Assembly (NCBI GenBank): GCA_050273025.1
Contig: CP158636.1
Location: forward strand, 7,316,001 to 7,380,000
DNA: 64,000 bases
Reading direction: 5' to 3'
Origin: Cenococcum geophilum
Taxonomy: Eukaryota
Shown: one piece after another, positions 38,197 through 52,229 of the stretch
How the letters are laid out: the number at the start of each line of letters is the position of its first letter
Position numbering within the stretch: position 1 is the first letter of the stretch
Translations under genes and position numbers: made by a program
Notes under the pieces: generated by a model
Told to the model about the DNA's origin: nothing
Database searches by the model: none
The model's input: the letters and a program-made list of their open reading frames with translations, nothing else

Positions 38197-38300
38197 GTAT
38201 ATATGTATATTCTATTATGGCTATATACCCCTAGCGAGAGTATGCTTAATAAAGGGAGAAAGCTCTAGTTAACTATCTGCTACGGCTAGAACATTAGCCT
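38197..38300 (-). mobile_element. LINE-related 3' tail fragment
   Basis: The minus strand reads GGTATATAGCCATAATAGAATATACATATATAC, matching the other LINE termini. The 5' boundary is unclear. Confidence 0.6.
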
Positions 38301-38399
38301 TAGTATAGCTTCCCCCAGCTACTTAGACTTTAGAATGGTTACCAAATGTGTAACTTTATAACCAACTCTCGTAACTAATAGAAACCCTTTTTAACTCCC

Positions 38400-39620
38400 T
38401 CCGGCTCTAGTAGACATACGCCTATATATCCATTAAGACACTATAGTCCCTTTCTATATGGCTCGTCAAAACTTAATATAAAAAAGCATAACTAGAAAGA
38501 CAGATTATAATTAGCTAGGGTAGTTAAGAAGCGAATCTAATAATTCTCTAAGCTGGAATGTAATTTAGCCAATTCTATTAATTCCATTTGTTTTAGTAGT
38601 TGTGTAAGGAACTTAACTAACTTAGCTAAATTATTACTAAGGTCTAAGGACCGCAAATGTAAATAGTATAGGTTTGTAAACTCTCTAAATAGAATAGTAT
38701 CTCATAGCGTATACTGTAGAGGGGTGTCAAGTTTAAGGTATTTAACCGTCTGGAAAAGCTTCGTTAAAAGATATAATTGGGATCCGCTATATAATAACTT
38801 TAGGTTAGTAAATCCCGCTACTATAGGTTTTAAGCATAATTGGACCTCAAAACTGATGTCTATATCTTTTAAGAGTGCCCTATAGAAAGCAATGTACTTT
38901 TAAACCCTATCTTCAAAATCCTTAGTTTTCCGTTCTAGAGGATACGCCGAGGAAATAGCAACGCCTACAACCTTTACATTACGTTCCGCCGCTTATATTG
39001 CTATAAGAACCCTCCTAAAGATCTAATTAACGTAATTGAGGGTATTCCTAGCCATTATATAGTAAACTAATAGTGCGCCGTTCTCCTATAAAAGTCGATT
39101 AAATCTATACAGTAAGTAGGTATCTCGCCAATCGCTATCGCGGAAATTGGGTAACCTAATAGTAATTTCTTAGCAATCTAGGTTTTTAATAATAGTTACC
39201 AGCATTTCCATATCCGAATTAGTTTCCTAGATTTTGGCCTAGTTCTCCTAAAATAATATAATCTAGGGAAATATAGTTCGATTAATATAAGCTAGATTCT
39301 TAGGGACCTAATAGACCTAGCTTTCTAGATCTTTTTCAGTTACCTAGTTACGGGAGAAGATATAAGTTAATGTAATAGATGTCCTATATACGCTTATTAA
39401 TAGTTCTACTACGTATCTAAGGTCTAGCTTATCTATGACGATTAGCAGGCTTCCTTTATATATAAAGGTATCCATAAAGGTCTTACGGAAGATACGCTTG
39501 AATGCTTTATAGGTCCTATAGATATCCTATAAGTAGAAGTTAGCAGTAATAAATAACTATATAAGATCTAAGAGCTCTTCTGGAATGCTATATATGCCAC
39601 TTATAGCTACTAGCACGAAT
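38400..39620 (-). pseudogene. F-box-like domain gene (may extend upstream to ~40830)
   Basis: IYSIPEELLDLI*LFIT...L*DIYRTYKAFKRI (de-RIP SIPEELLDLI...RTCKAF) at ~39490-39600, followed by a long frame with only RIP-type stops. Confidence 0.55.
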
Positions 39621-40949
39621 AAAGACTAAAGACAGGAATAGTCTGTGGAGGGAGGCGTAGGGAAGATAACGACAGCGCTAATATAAGTGGGCTCGCCAAA
39701 CCAAACAGGATTAAATGGCTTTAGAAAGGTAGTAGAGAGAGTAAAAGAGATGGAGAGAGAGAGAGTAAGAGAGACGGAGAGAGAGAAAGACGCAGTAAGA
39801 GAGAGGCAGATAGAGAAAGCGGGGGGGTCCGCGTTTGCTTAATTAATAAAGAGGAGCGCCGCCAAGTTTAATATAGTAGGTTGTAAAACTAGCTTCACCT
39901 TTTATATATATAAAGATTCTTTTAAACCCCTGTTATATAAGGAACCCCTTACTATAAGCCGACTAATTATTAGCTATTTAATAGAAACAGCCCAGAGCTA
40001 CCTATTCTTAGCGCAGCTATATCTATATACGGCCTTTTTATAGGGGTCGACTAATTAGTAGAGCGGCGTAAATCTAAAATAGGTATAACTCTGAGGAGCG
40101 CAAGAAGCTATAGTTAGGGGAGTAGTATTATATAGAGACGGCCTAATGCGAAATAAAGGGCTAAATTAGACGGTGTAAGCGTTTATAAGTGGACTGGATT
40201 AGATAAGTCTAATATCTAGAAGTTAATTGAATTTATATAAGCACTAATAGCGGACGCTAGGGTCGGATTTAATAAATTATAGCACTCTTAGGCTAAACTA
40301 CTAGCGCAAAGCCTAGGGGAATGGCTTGGTAATATCTTTATATAGGTTTAACTAAGTAGGGCCGGCTTATACGAACGTGGTTTTAATGCAGGATTAGATA
40401 GCTCTAGTCTCCGGAAGTTTATCTACTTAGGCGATTTTATATAAGTACACTAGATGAAACTATAGGAATCTGGCTAGATTGTATAGTGGCGGCGCTCCTT
40501 AAACTTAGTAAGTAGGGCAGAATCCTACGAAGCGGAGAGTATCTAGGTGTTATTAGAGTTAGCCGGAGCTAAGTTATATTGGCTACGTTACAATTAATAA
40601 CGAGTTCTTTAATATAACTCCTTGTAACCCGCCCCATTAAAACCCTTAAAGTTATAGTATACTAGCCTAGAGTAAAGCTTAGCCCTCTTTATTAAATATC
40701 TCGACTTCCTAGCTATATCTTCCTTCTTACTACTAACGTTAACCGTACTACGGATAAGGAGCTAGAGATGCTAGCGACTGCGGGCCATAATAAGGAAGAG
40801 CATAGTAGGGAGGAGCTACTAGCGGACATTTTATGGATTATAATGACTAGGGAGTTAAACAACAAGCGTAGGAAGCTCTAGTAGCGCACGAAGAAAAGGG
40901 AAAAAAAAGAAGGTAAGCGCTAGAGGTAAACGCGAGTGCGAGCGCAGGA

Positions 40950-42470
40950 GTAGGTGACCAACTCCTCCTTATTGTCGTCATCCTCCTTATCTTCCGATAT
41001 ATCACTAGGTAACACTCTAGATATTCCAATTATACTAGATAGTGAGGAGCCAGTTAAGAATCCTAATCGCTCTCTACTAGGCTCTACCCAGTTAGATATT
41101 GCTAAAATGGTATCTATAATATCTACTTATAGTAAATGCGGGATTTCTAAGGAGTTCCTCCGGGCAATATTAAAGCTTATTCGGCCACGTCTTATAAAAG
41201 ATAACTCCCTCTTAGAAAAAAATTTAAATAGCGAAGCTGTTAACTAAGACGCGTTTATACTATAAATTTATTTTAGTGTGATTGAGTAATATATTAAAGA
41301 TAAGTCTAATTCTAAAGATGGAGCTCTAAATAATTTTAATTTAGGGGTAAAGCTTACGGGTTCGTTTAGATCTGTGCTAGAAAAGTAGACTTAAAGCTAT
41401 TTATTTTTCTTCTCGAAGGAAATAATAAAATTCCTCTGATTAACTCGCTGGTAGGCTAGCAAATTACAGTAAAGATAGGATAACACTCCTAAGGCCAAAT
41501 CTACGCGTTAACGTGCTTCTCCTATATGTGGCCAAGCCTCCTCTAGTATAGTATTTTCGGATCTATTAGACACAACGCAGATTATAAAGGTAGATTTAGT
41601 CTTTCCCAAAGTTCTTATAATAGTTAATGCTTCTTTATAAGCAAGAGCTTAGTGAATAAAAAACGTTAATTCCCTAAGTAGAGGCTTAACTCGGCACCTA
41701 AGCGGGCTGACTTACGTAGACATTCTTCACCCATATATACTGTAAAGTAGGATAAATAATATATTTAGAGGGTTTCTGTGCTGCAGAGAGCGTTATTACT
41801 ACTATTATTCCTAAGCTTGGCTACCTAATATACTTTCCTAGCTATAACTTATAGGTCGTGCCTAAACATTACGAGCCTTAGTCGCATTATAGTCGATATA
41901 AAGGCTTAGCTATCTAGAAGGCAAGGATATGCATAAATCCTTCTAAAAAGCCTTAGATATTTAGGTTTAAACACCTATATTTTCCCTTTACACTACTAGG
42001 GTTATGCATTTCTAACTAATATAGATTACGCCTAGCATAACTATCTGCACCAATAACCCTCTTACTAATGGTATGGCTCTCTACGTCTTCTCTAATAGCT
42101 GCCAGATTAGCCACGCTAACTACGACCGTAATATTACGCTCAGTCGTGCCCGCCGTGGCATTGCTACTATCCCCGTCTTTGCCGAGCTATACCTATTTAA
42201 GATATCGGTTAAGGCGAGTAAGGAAATACAGGATAATAGCATTACAATATTATAAGGCTGATATCCCTAGTAGGTCTACACCGCGGGCAGTAGGGCGATA
42301 TAGCTATTAGTTTAATGCGTTGATTATCTAGAATCCTAAGGCACTTATACCCGTCTAAGTTGGCAAAGAAAGCGATTATAACCGTATATATAGACAAATC
42401 AATATAGACAGGATTCTTAAGGTAGATATTGGCAATTTTGATGCGTAGTGTGCCTGGGGGTAGGCATGGC
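40950..42470 (+). pseudogene. Uncharacterised RIP-degraded gene
   Basis: Long protein-like frames (ORF-track 40954-41247 and 42073-42255) broken mainly by TAA/TAG. No family recognised. Confidence 0.45.
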
Positions 42471-43209
42471 CATTATCACACAAAGGATGCGGTGGATACT
42501 TTAGTGGTCTTCTATTTAGTTCCTAGGTTGCTTTATCTAGTTGCGGTTTACTTTAATAATAACCTTTCTATAGATGGTCTAAACTTTTAAAAGACACTCT
42601 TAACTACTTATAAAACGGTAATTATATACCTATAATTATAAGCACCTAGCTAATAAATTAACTGCACTTCTGGTTCTAGAGATAGATATTACTAGATACT
42701 AAGCTCTAATGTAGCGGGGCTTTAATATAGCAAGGCTAAAGGGGCGCCAGGTAAGGTACAGCTAGTAAGAGCTGGTTGATTGCGGGGTTGGTTATATAAG
42801 CGCCCATAAACAATTACGTGGCTAGTTTTAAAACGAGCTAAACCTAATATGCCAAATGCGATAATTTTGCTCGATTAATATTAACGAGAAGTCTAAGCAA
42901 TCTTATGCTTTCAAATTTAGTTATAGGCCTATTGCTAAATTAAGAATAACACAAGCTCGAAGACCGGAGCCACCTATCCCTTATAACGGCAAAATGGGCC
43001 CTACCGTTATTAATAAGGGCTAGCTAATTGGATCAATCGGACTAAGGGCTTTAGGGGGTCTTTTTTGGCAATATAATTAGGAGGAACCTTATATTAAGTC
43101 TTCCGAACAAGGTCCTTATCAACTTTAGCATAATTAAAAGGTATAGTAGTGGTGTATTAACATACGCGTTATTTTAAAAAACTGTTATTTATATACGGGC
43201 TATCTACCC

Positions 43210-44200
43210 GCAGGACCCTGCCGTTATAAGGGATAGCTTAATAGAAGAACAAAGTTAAATAAATACCGCTAGTCATTATAGTATCTAACCTCTACATCGC
43301 GGTCTAATAAGTATTCCTCTTCTAAGTCCCTAAACCACTGTTTAAATGTCCAGGAGCCTTTTAGAGATACCAATTATACTACTAAAAACCATTTATCCTG
43401 CCACGGAATTCTTAACCTGGTTAGTAAAATAAAGGGTGGTTTAAGCACTTTAAATCCGAAGTCAGTGCTCTTCTAGAACGAATAATTCGAACGAAGTTTA
43501 CCTCTATTAAAAAGTAGCTTCTCTATGTCTATAGGTATTATCTTAGGAGAAAACAAGACGTTGGCAATGTTTAAAATAATCCCACTATCGAATATAATCT
43601 CTAAGGCACCCTTAATATATCTATACGGTCTTAGAGAGCTAAAGAAAAGATCTCTTAGGTATACTACATCTCTGGATATATTGTATAAAAGAAGAGCTAT
43701 ATAGGTTAGCTTAATACCGTTTACCTCTATCCGACTTTTCTCCGCATAAAACGTATGGAGTCAAGTCCAAATAAGAACAGGATTTAACTTAAGCTCTCTT
43801 TCCACCGCTTCAAGCCATCTATAACTTGAGAAAATGGCCCCCTAAAGTATTTTATAACGTTCTTGATTCGAAAGAGAACGTTTATTAGGAGCGTCTAAGT
43901 TATTAGAAGATATTGGCAAGAGGTTCCCTAGGGTATTTAGAATATTTATAGTCATTTCTAGCGATCACTACTACTAGGGTATACCTAAGCCAGGAACAAT
44001 ATATATCTCTATAAGGGCCCAATAACGGGAACCTATGTTATAATGACATAGAGCGGAAATAACGTCCTATTATTCTAAAAATAGCTCCTTATGGAAATTT
44101 CTTATCTAGAAAGCCTCCTTTAAGAAAGCATTTATTATTAGGTATTAGAACAGGACCGTCCTAATAATAGGTAGCTTATTGGCCTAAATTATATCTCCAG
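43210..44200 (-). pseudogene. Uncharacterised RIP-degraded gene
   Basis: A ~250-codon nearly open minus frame (...WLEAVERELKLNPVLIW...RIPWQDKWF...). No family recognised. Confidence 0.45.
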
Positions 44201-45070
44201 TCACGCTAGCCTCTTTTACCTAAATCTATATCCTCATTTTTACTAAACCTAAGCCAGCAGGAAGAAACGATCTTTAGTATACTATAATTATAGACAGCTA
44301 GCGATCTTATAGTTTTAAGTTTAAGTAGCAAGCTTAGCGCTTAATCTTACTAGGGTTGTAAGTTAATTAACTTAACTTAACTAAGGCTTTAAATCGGTTA
44401 AATTAAAAGTTTAGTAAGCAGAAAGCTTAGTTAATTAAATTAATTAAATCAATATTGAAGTCTTAGTAACTGGTTGCAACTAAATTTAACTAGTAGAGTA
44501 GTTAGTAACTATTACGACTCTTAGTATAGAGTTAATGCTAGAGGACCTACCTAGTGACGCCTAAATTATTTCCTATTATCCTTTTTATTACCTAGCTCTT
44601 AATATAGGCCTATCTAATACGTTAGAAGCTATAGTGGTAATAAAAATAATATTAGTAAGTAGGGGGCTAGGGTGACAGTGTAAATAACGGGCGATGCTCG
44701 GGTAAACTTTTTTAGGGGAGGGAGACTAAGAAAAATAGGGTTTAGAGCATTACTATATGGGCCTAAAGCGCTATAAATAGCGTTATTACTCTAAATACCT
44801 TATGCATACCTTAAACCACTTCCTCTAACAATTTATTAAGGCATTTTTAAGTGTCTATATAAGTAGAGGTTACGTAGTTATATCTCTAATTAGTTATCCT
44901 TATAGTGACTTATCAGCCCCCTATTTAGGCACCGCGATCCTTACAATCCTCTACGAGAGATATAAATAAATCAAGAACCAGTTACCATATATTGCAATTG
45001 CAGTACCCCCCTAGGTGATACTGACACTAATTAGTTAATATTATAGATTAGCCAGGTATTATTACAAAAA

Positions 45071-45440
45071 GAGGCACTATGTAATCGCTCCTACCAAGGC
45101 CCGTCGACTACGTTATGTTTATTAAGGAGAACCCTTTCTATATAGGCCCTGGGAACTTAAAGAACTGACTCCTCTAAGGCTTTATTCGGTTTGCGTCTAT
45201 TATATAAATCAACCCCGTATAATCTCTTTACTAAGTGCCAGTACCCCCAATACCTAAGAGAGACACTACGCGATCGCTCCTACTAAGGCCTGTCAATCTC
45301 GTCACGTTTACTAAGGAGAACCCTTCCTACTAAGGCCCTAGGAACTTAAAGAACCAACTCCTCTAAGGCTTTATTCGGTTCGCGTTTACTATGCAAAATC
45401 AACACCTAATACAACCTCTTTACTAAGCGCTAGTACACCT
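45071..45440. repeat. ~190-bp tandem duplication in the LTR-element leader
   Basis: 45071-45248 and 45260-45440 share AAGGAGAACCCTT...CTCCTCTAAGGCTTTATTCGGTT. Confidence 0.85.
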
Positions 45441-45986
45441 AGTAGCGTTAGCAGCACCCCTACCTACACCCCTACCTATACTACGACCTATACTATAACC
45501 TATACTACGATCTACGCTAGTTAATTATATCTAATACACGAACCTAATATCTAAACTAGGCTAATGGAATCACCCTAACTAATGAGACTACTACAGAGGA
45601 TATTACTAATTATATTTACTTCAAAATCAATAAGTATACTAGCTATAACTTTAAGGATAAAACCCTATAGGATTTATACTAAGAGGACTTTGATAATTTT
45701 AAGGTATAAACATTTAAGAACGCTAATAGGTCTGCAATTAAAAGACTTAAATAACTGCTCCAATGTAATGGAGTATAGGTCTTTAATAAAAAGAGCAAGT
45801 TAGTACTATAAGCACTATATGATGTCGCTTACGAGGACAACTATATAGAATGGTTAGATATAGAAATTTAGCTATATATTAACAGCGAAGGACCCTTCAA
45901 TTCGTATGCTATTAACTATCGTCTTAAATTACGCCCACTTACCACCACCCCTAGGATACCTTAACCACCTACTGCGTCTATACCCT

Positions 45987-46270
45987 AGCAAGCTCCGTCT
46001 ACACAAGCTTCGTCTATATAATCTCCGTCTACGTAAGCTCCGCCTATATAAGCCCTATTTATATAAGCCCCGTTTACGCAAGCTCTATCTATATAAGCTC
46101 CGCCTATATAAGCTCCGTTTACGCAAGCTCCGCCTATATAAGCCTCGTCCGTATAAGCTCTGTCCGCGCAAGCTCTACCTATATAAGCTCCGCCTACGCA
46201 AGCTCCGTCTATAAAAGCTCCGCCTACGCAAGCTCCGTCTATATAAGCTCTACTCGCGTAAGCTCTGCTA
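45987..46270 (+). repeat. 15-bp minisatellite (CAAGCTCCGCCTACG; QAPPT-type gag repeat)
   Basis: About 19 tandem units with RIP variants. Confidence 0.92.
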
Positions 46271-47724
46271 GCTTTACTCTCCCCCTTAACTAAAGCTAAG
46301 GACCTATAGCAGCTAAGCTTATACAAACCTCCGTAACCTGCCTAGTAACAGCGCAACTTAGTTTTAGCTGTCTTAAATGACCTTTTTATGGCCGAGCTCC
46401 CCTTACCTATAAACGTCACTGTCTGCTGCCTCCCCTACAGATCTGCCACGTCGAAAATTACGTTAATAGCGCGCCCTAAATGCCAGCGTACTCCTCCCCC
46501 CCTTACGGCCTTTATAAGCTACAAATACTACGTTAATAAAGTCTATATATTAGTGGTTTTACATATAAAAAAAGAACTGCCAGTATTAGAATATATAGAT
46601 AGAGTCTACTAACTAAACAATTATACTATTACGCCTATAGTCCGTCTAAGCTAGCACTATACTGCTATATACTTCTCCTTTATACTTTCTTACCTTCTTT
46701 CCTTTTTATAAATGTCGCCAGTATCTATACAAGTAGAGGTTACGTGGTTATGTCTCTAATTAGTCATCCTTATAGTAACTTATTAGCCCCCTATTTAGGC
46801 ACCGCGATCCTTATAATCCTCTATAAGAGACATAAATAAATTAAAGAACTAGTTACCTTATATTGCAATTACAGTACCCCCCTAGGTGATACCCACATTA
46901 AGTATAATTTAAGCGAAGTAGGAGAGTTTCCTAAAGCCTTTCCCCGAAGATATCTCCGCTAAATGAACCCCGGTACTAAGATTATTAGTACTACTATTTT
47001 AAAAAACTTGCTTAGGAAGAGATTAAGATAAAGATATAAAGGCTGTTAAATCATACTCCACCTAAACCAAAGCCATGAAATCAGAGTATGTGTCTATAGA
47101 AATTTAAAGCCTTTAGCTAACTGGCTACAGGCGCTTTAAAGGATGTGAATTCCACCTAAAAATACTTGTGGTGCTTAGGCCTTATTAGACCGTCACTATA
47201 GTACATTGCTGCTAAAAGTATATATAAAAATAGCCGACTCCTATAAGGCTAGAGTTTCTAAATCATTCACGCACTAGAGTAAAGGAATCGCCATATATAC
47301 CGGATTTGAATTTCAAAGTTAATAATCTCCGTATAGAGTATAGGAATTCGTCATTTAACTTAGGGCTTGGCATTTGGCCCCCTCTAGAAGTTTGACTGGG
47401 AATGTCTTAGAATTCTTATATAGTCCGCACTAAGCTTAAGCGCCTATTATAGAGCCGCCTTTAAAAAAAAACCCCAACTAATGGTATGATATTAGAGAAG
47501 AAGAAATAATATCCGCAGAACTTGAAATTAAAAATATAATAAGTGGTATAGAAAAGGATGGTATTTATAAAGAGAGTACGCAGGATATTCTAACTAGGGG
47601 TAGGTAAAGATAATGCAATCCTAACTACTTTTACTTCGTCCCGCCCCTTTATACCTACCTCCTATATAGTATATTCTCTGAATTAAATCTTTACATAAGT
47701 CTACTAGAAGCAGTTGTTATTATT

Positions 47725-50700
47725 TAAATACGCTACCGCTTCCTTAGGAGAGTATTATATACGGATAACCTCTTCCGCTTGCCGTGGTCTGCCCTACTAA
47801 AGGGAGCATCTAAACCTTAAGCGGCTATTAGGTTCTCTATTAAGAAAGGCAACCTACTAATATTATAAGGCTTAGCGTCACCTTCCTTTAAAGATATTAT
47901 AAATTTCCTAAAAGTATCTAGGTCGACTCGTTTCCGGAAGTTCCCGTCTTTACCTATAAAGGAAGTATTATTAAATGTTCCGGGAATCGGCTAATCATTT
48001 ATTAAAAACCCGGTAGAGTTATTTACTAATTTACTTAATAGGGCTCCAAAGGCTAAATTACTACGTGTTATTAAGTATAGAATATGTTCGGTAACTATAT
48101 ACTTCCCATTATATCTCTCTAGGAGAGAGTCCAATTCGAAATAGAATAGAGATATAATTATATAGCGTGCTATAGTATCGATCCGGGCCGATAGGGAGTA
48201 GTCTATTTCGACTTTCAATTTAAGTTTAAGTATACTTCTTATATCGTCAAGTCTTGGTTTAGTGGCATCAAAGTCAGTACTAAGGCGGTAAATTCTATTA
48301 AGAATTTGGACCGCTAGTCTGACAGTTTTATAGGCCCATCTCACCATTTTATCGCGCATTTTCTCTAAGATTAGATTACGTGTTTTAGGGAACATTCCGT
48401 TTTTCTAAATACTACAGCAGTCATCCATAGATACCTTGTAATTTTTTGGCCCTAGCTTACTAGTACCTAAAGATATAACAAAGTCAGGTTCTTTAACAAG
48501 CGGAAATATTACTAATACCTCTAAAAGCGCCTAGAGTAGGGGGTTATTCTTAAGGAGTTCTATATCTTGAAATGTACCAACCTTATTAATATATTTTGGC
48601 GGAAAGAAACTATAAGGTATAGTCAGTTTTAGGCATAAAAGAGGTGAGCTAAAGTATACCCAGGCGCTGCAGATGCGGATTATACGCTAAATTTTATATT
48701 AGTCTTATCCAATAGTAGGGTTTGTCCAATCTTATATTTCCTAAAGCGGCACTCTTCTACAGCTATCCTTTGGCCTTATAACGGCGTTATCTTTAGGTTT
48801 ATTAGACGACTCTTATACTAAGTCATATATAGGGAGCTTACCTTAATCTTCGTCCCGTATGCCTACCCTATTATAGTTAGTGAATATACAATATAATGGG
48901 TGGCTGCTAACTATAGCGACTAGTAAGCCAATCTTCGTTTTTATAGATATTACATAGGAGCAGTTTAGAATGCTTTTATCTATACTAAAGACTTCTTTTA
49001 GGACGGACTTAATATTTTAGGTTAAGTATAAACCGTTAGTAAAATACAACACTATTAACTTAAATGCATGGGAAATAAATAGGATATTAAAAGCCTTCTA
49101 CCGTTTAAAGACGCGTTCTATAATCTCTAAGAACATCTAAATAGACTCTTTAAGGGGCCGTCCCTTAATATAATAATCTATAGCGATTACCGCTCCTTAA
49201 GTTATAAGTATTAATTCCTTTTCTTTAAAGTGTATAGAGCTCTTACCTATACTGACCCTAAAAGCAACTTTAATAAACCGCTAAAAGGGAATTAGTAGAC
49301 CGACACGATCTTATATTTATTTTATTAGCATTAATAGTATAATACCCCGCGTGCCTCCTCCATCAATATATAAGACTCCTACTCCTACAGTTGGAGGGTG
49401 TACTTTTATAATTATATTATTCGGCATCTCTTCTCTACAGAGAAAGTAGTGGCGCACTTTAAAGATCTAGGGGTTGTCCTTACAGCGATCCCCAAACACT
49501 ATAATGCAATTCTCGTAAATATAGTGCCCGTAGGGTAAGCAATACTGCGGTCTCCTACGCAAATAAAATAGATATGTGTTGCTACTCCGTATATAGCGCC
49601 ATCTATCTCAAAATTGTATAAGGTTGCTCTTATAAATTTCTACAGCAGTTATATTATTGTAAGTGAATTGTTAAAAGTAGCGGACAAATTGGTTTTCGAC
49701 TATATTAATAAAGCCACTTTATAGAATGACATGGTTGGACTGCTTAAAGGCTATAACTCGAGCCTTACTTACCTAGCAGAAGACGTCCTTATAAATTATA
49801 TTAAATATAGTCTTAGGTTTAAACGCTATATTAAAGTTAGCATGACTTAATTTTCTAGCAAGGTAATACTTACTATGTACTTTAGGCGGGTAGCTGTCTA
49901 GAAAGAGACTGGAAGTAGCTATTAGAACTGCGAACTCCGTTAGCTCGTTAGTCGACTTAATATATTTTAGGAAATTTAATAGATATTCTGCCAGGTTAGG
50001 AGCAACGGGGTTATAGATCCTCGACGCTCTAATAAAATCGAAGGGTTTATTAATAGTTTCTAAAAAGTGCCTATAGGCGTACTTAAGAAAGGCGGCGAAA
50101 TAAGTTATAGAGAATAAAGTTTGTCTATTTTCTCTACTCTTTCGCACTTAATCTAAACTATCTATTAGACGCTCTTTTAGGCGTCTATAGTAAGCATTAA
50201 TAGATATTATACTATTCGGGAAAAGAGCGACTATATTAATTGCTAATATTAGCTTAGACAGATCCTTTATTATTTCCTCTCCTAACAACTATAGAAAGGC
50301 CTCTTTAGCCTCGCTTTCTACTCCCGGAGGTATCTTCTTAGTTATAATTACTACCCTTAGGTATATACTCTTTAAAAGGGTTAATAAGTGGCCTTTCTCT
50401 AACCACGTAGCAATATAGCGGGCAATCTGTCTAAAAGAACCAAGATTAGTATAAAAGAAGCAGAAGATATCTATAAAAGGAAAAAGCAGGCGGGTATAGA
50501 TGCTATTTACAATTTCGTTTAGAGAAAGGCTAGATAGCCCAGCTTGGGTTCTTTAAATAATTCGCCGTATTATTTTATGGCACTTATTAGCTGTAACTGT
50601 CTTTCCCCTAAGACTCTGTTTAGGAAGATCGCCATCCATAAGAAGTACCGGTCTGCCGTGAAAAATGCTAAATAGGTTAAGGTGGAGATATATCTCGCCT

Positions 50701-50920
50701 GCGCTTCGCTTATTTATAAACTTTCGCGCCCTCTTTACCCTAAATAGCTCTTAGAGGGCGACTAATTTCGCTATATTACCGATTAGTACGAATAAACTAG
50801 GTTATATATTGGGATTAGGAATATAATTAGTAAGAGTTTGGAGCCTATCCGATTCTAAAAGAGCAATTTTATTGCCTTAGGTATAGAGACTTAGCTAGTA
50901 GGTATAGTGATAACGCTTTA
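47725..50920 (-). pseudogene. Patatin-like phospholipase (Starship PLP type) with central Cys/His Zn-finger
   Basis: GVLYIDGGGTRGII at ~49340-49380. An intron-split AFRVSI/G (GxSxG) at ~49250. SASAPG...FFPPK and GTFQD...NP at ~48540-48680. De-RIP CLFCLRRRPQYCLPCGHCICENC at ~49510-49575. N-terminal PSLFVLIG and GEIYLHL. Confidence 0.92.
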
Positions 50921-52229
50921 TAATTAAGAGAGCAGATTAGCTGTTTTAAGTATATTAATAGAGTTATAGTAGGAAGACACAGCTAGATATATAGCCCTTA
51001 GGATCTATACGCAATAAATATTATTCTAATAAGGCCTAAAAACAGGCTTCTACAAAGTTAGAAGTAGCAATTTCGGGTCCTCTATTTTTAGTAGCGGGGG
51101 ACCAAGACAGGGCTCTCTTAAGGGTACCTAAAACTGGTCCCTGTAGTTCCTTTACCAGTTAATACGTGTTTTAACGGCTAATAAAAACGGTATAAGAACC
51201 TATAATTTTTTTACTTCGCGTATAGAGCTTTATATTTAGAATAGATTATAAATATAGTTCTACCCAACCTAATTATAAAATTAAGTAAGTTACCTAGCTA
51301 ATATAAAGGGTCTAAATAACCTTTAACTAGGTCCACCTTATTTATTTAAAAACGACTAATACTAAATATACCTAGCGATAAACTTAGCGACCCGGAATGT
51401 TCTAAGATCGGAAATTTAACTATTCCGCAATGCTCTCTTTGTAATAAACGTCGATCACAAAGATACTAGAAAGGTCACACTATAGCACCTAGCTAAAATG
51501 CAGAAGAGTATATTTGCTCAAGACCTAATTATAGAAAAATTAAAAGTATAATAAAAGTAACGGGGTTTTATTGCCCTAAGTCTGTTATATAGATTTATTA
51601 CTATTACTACGCCAGTACAAGCTCAGAAGTTACTCACGCATTAGTTTATATAGTTAAGCTCCCTAGAGAGAGATCCTTAGACGATAGAGTTGAAATACCT
51701 AGAGATTTCCCACAAGAGTACGGCATAGGGCGACTTTCTCCTATAAGAGAAGAATTACCTCCCCTAGTCACTACTTCTACTAAACCTACTCTCTACATTT
51801 AGTGTTTATTAGATAGATAAGTAGCTTATATATTACCTCTATGTCTTTAGTCTAGGAGTGCCTTTAATAATAGTCTTTATATAAACTTAGTATAGGTATT
51901 TCGTTAGGGCGCTATAATAAGGTTCTATTAGCTCTTTAAACCCCTTAACGTTTAGGCAATACCATAGATTAACGGTGTTATCCCCGCATTTCTTAACAGA
52001 TTAAAGAATTAAACAATTAATGCAATTAATTTTAACAGAGAAAGACTATTTGTGTCAATTGGACGTCTATACACCAATTGTAAGAAAAGAAGAACTTATA
52101 TAAAGATTGATCTATAAAGAAAAAAAGGCTATATATATATAAGGTAGATATAGGTATAGGGGGGGGGGGTATATAATAGGGAGTCGGTGACTAAGTTAAG
52201 GGGTAGGTAACTAAGTCGGCGGCATAACA

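Larger units (their letters stand above)
44852..46897 (+). mobile_element. Non-autonomous Copia-derived LTR element with gag remnant
   Basis: LTRs at ~44852-45026 and 46713-46897. TSD TTAAG (44847-51, 46898-902). Gag-like TL*DLY*EDFDNF...LLQCNGV*V at ~45660-45785. No pol. Confidence 0.85.

Noticed and set aside
44351..44523. hAT-like MITE (TAGGGTTGTAA...TTACGACTCTTA)
   Set aside because: The terminal match is weak and there is no 8-bp TSD. It remains possible but is unsupported.
45906..46326. KLRLY / GGAYI repeat ORFs
   Set aside because: They are alternative frames of the RIPed 15-bp minisatellite.
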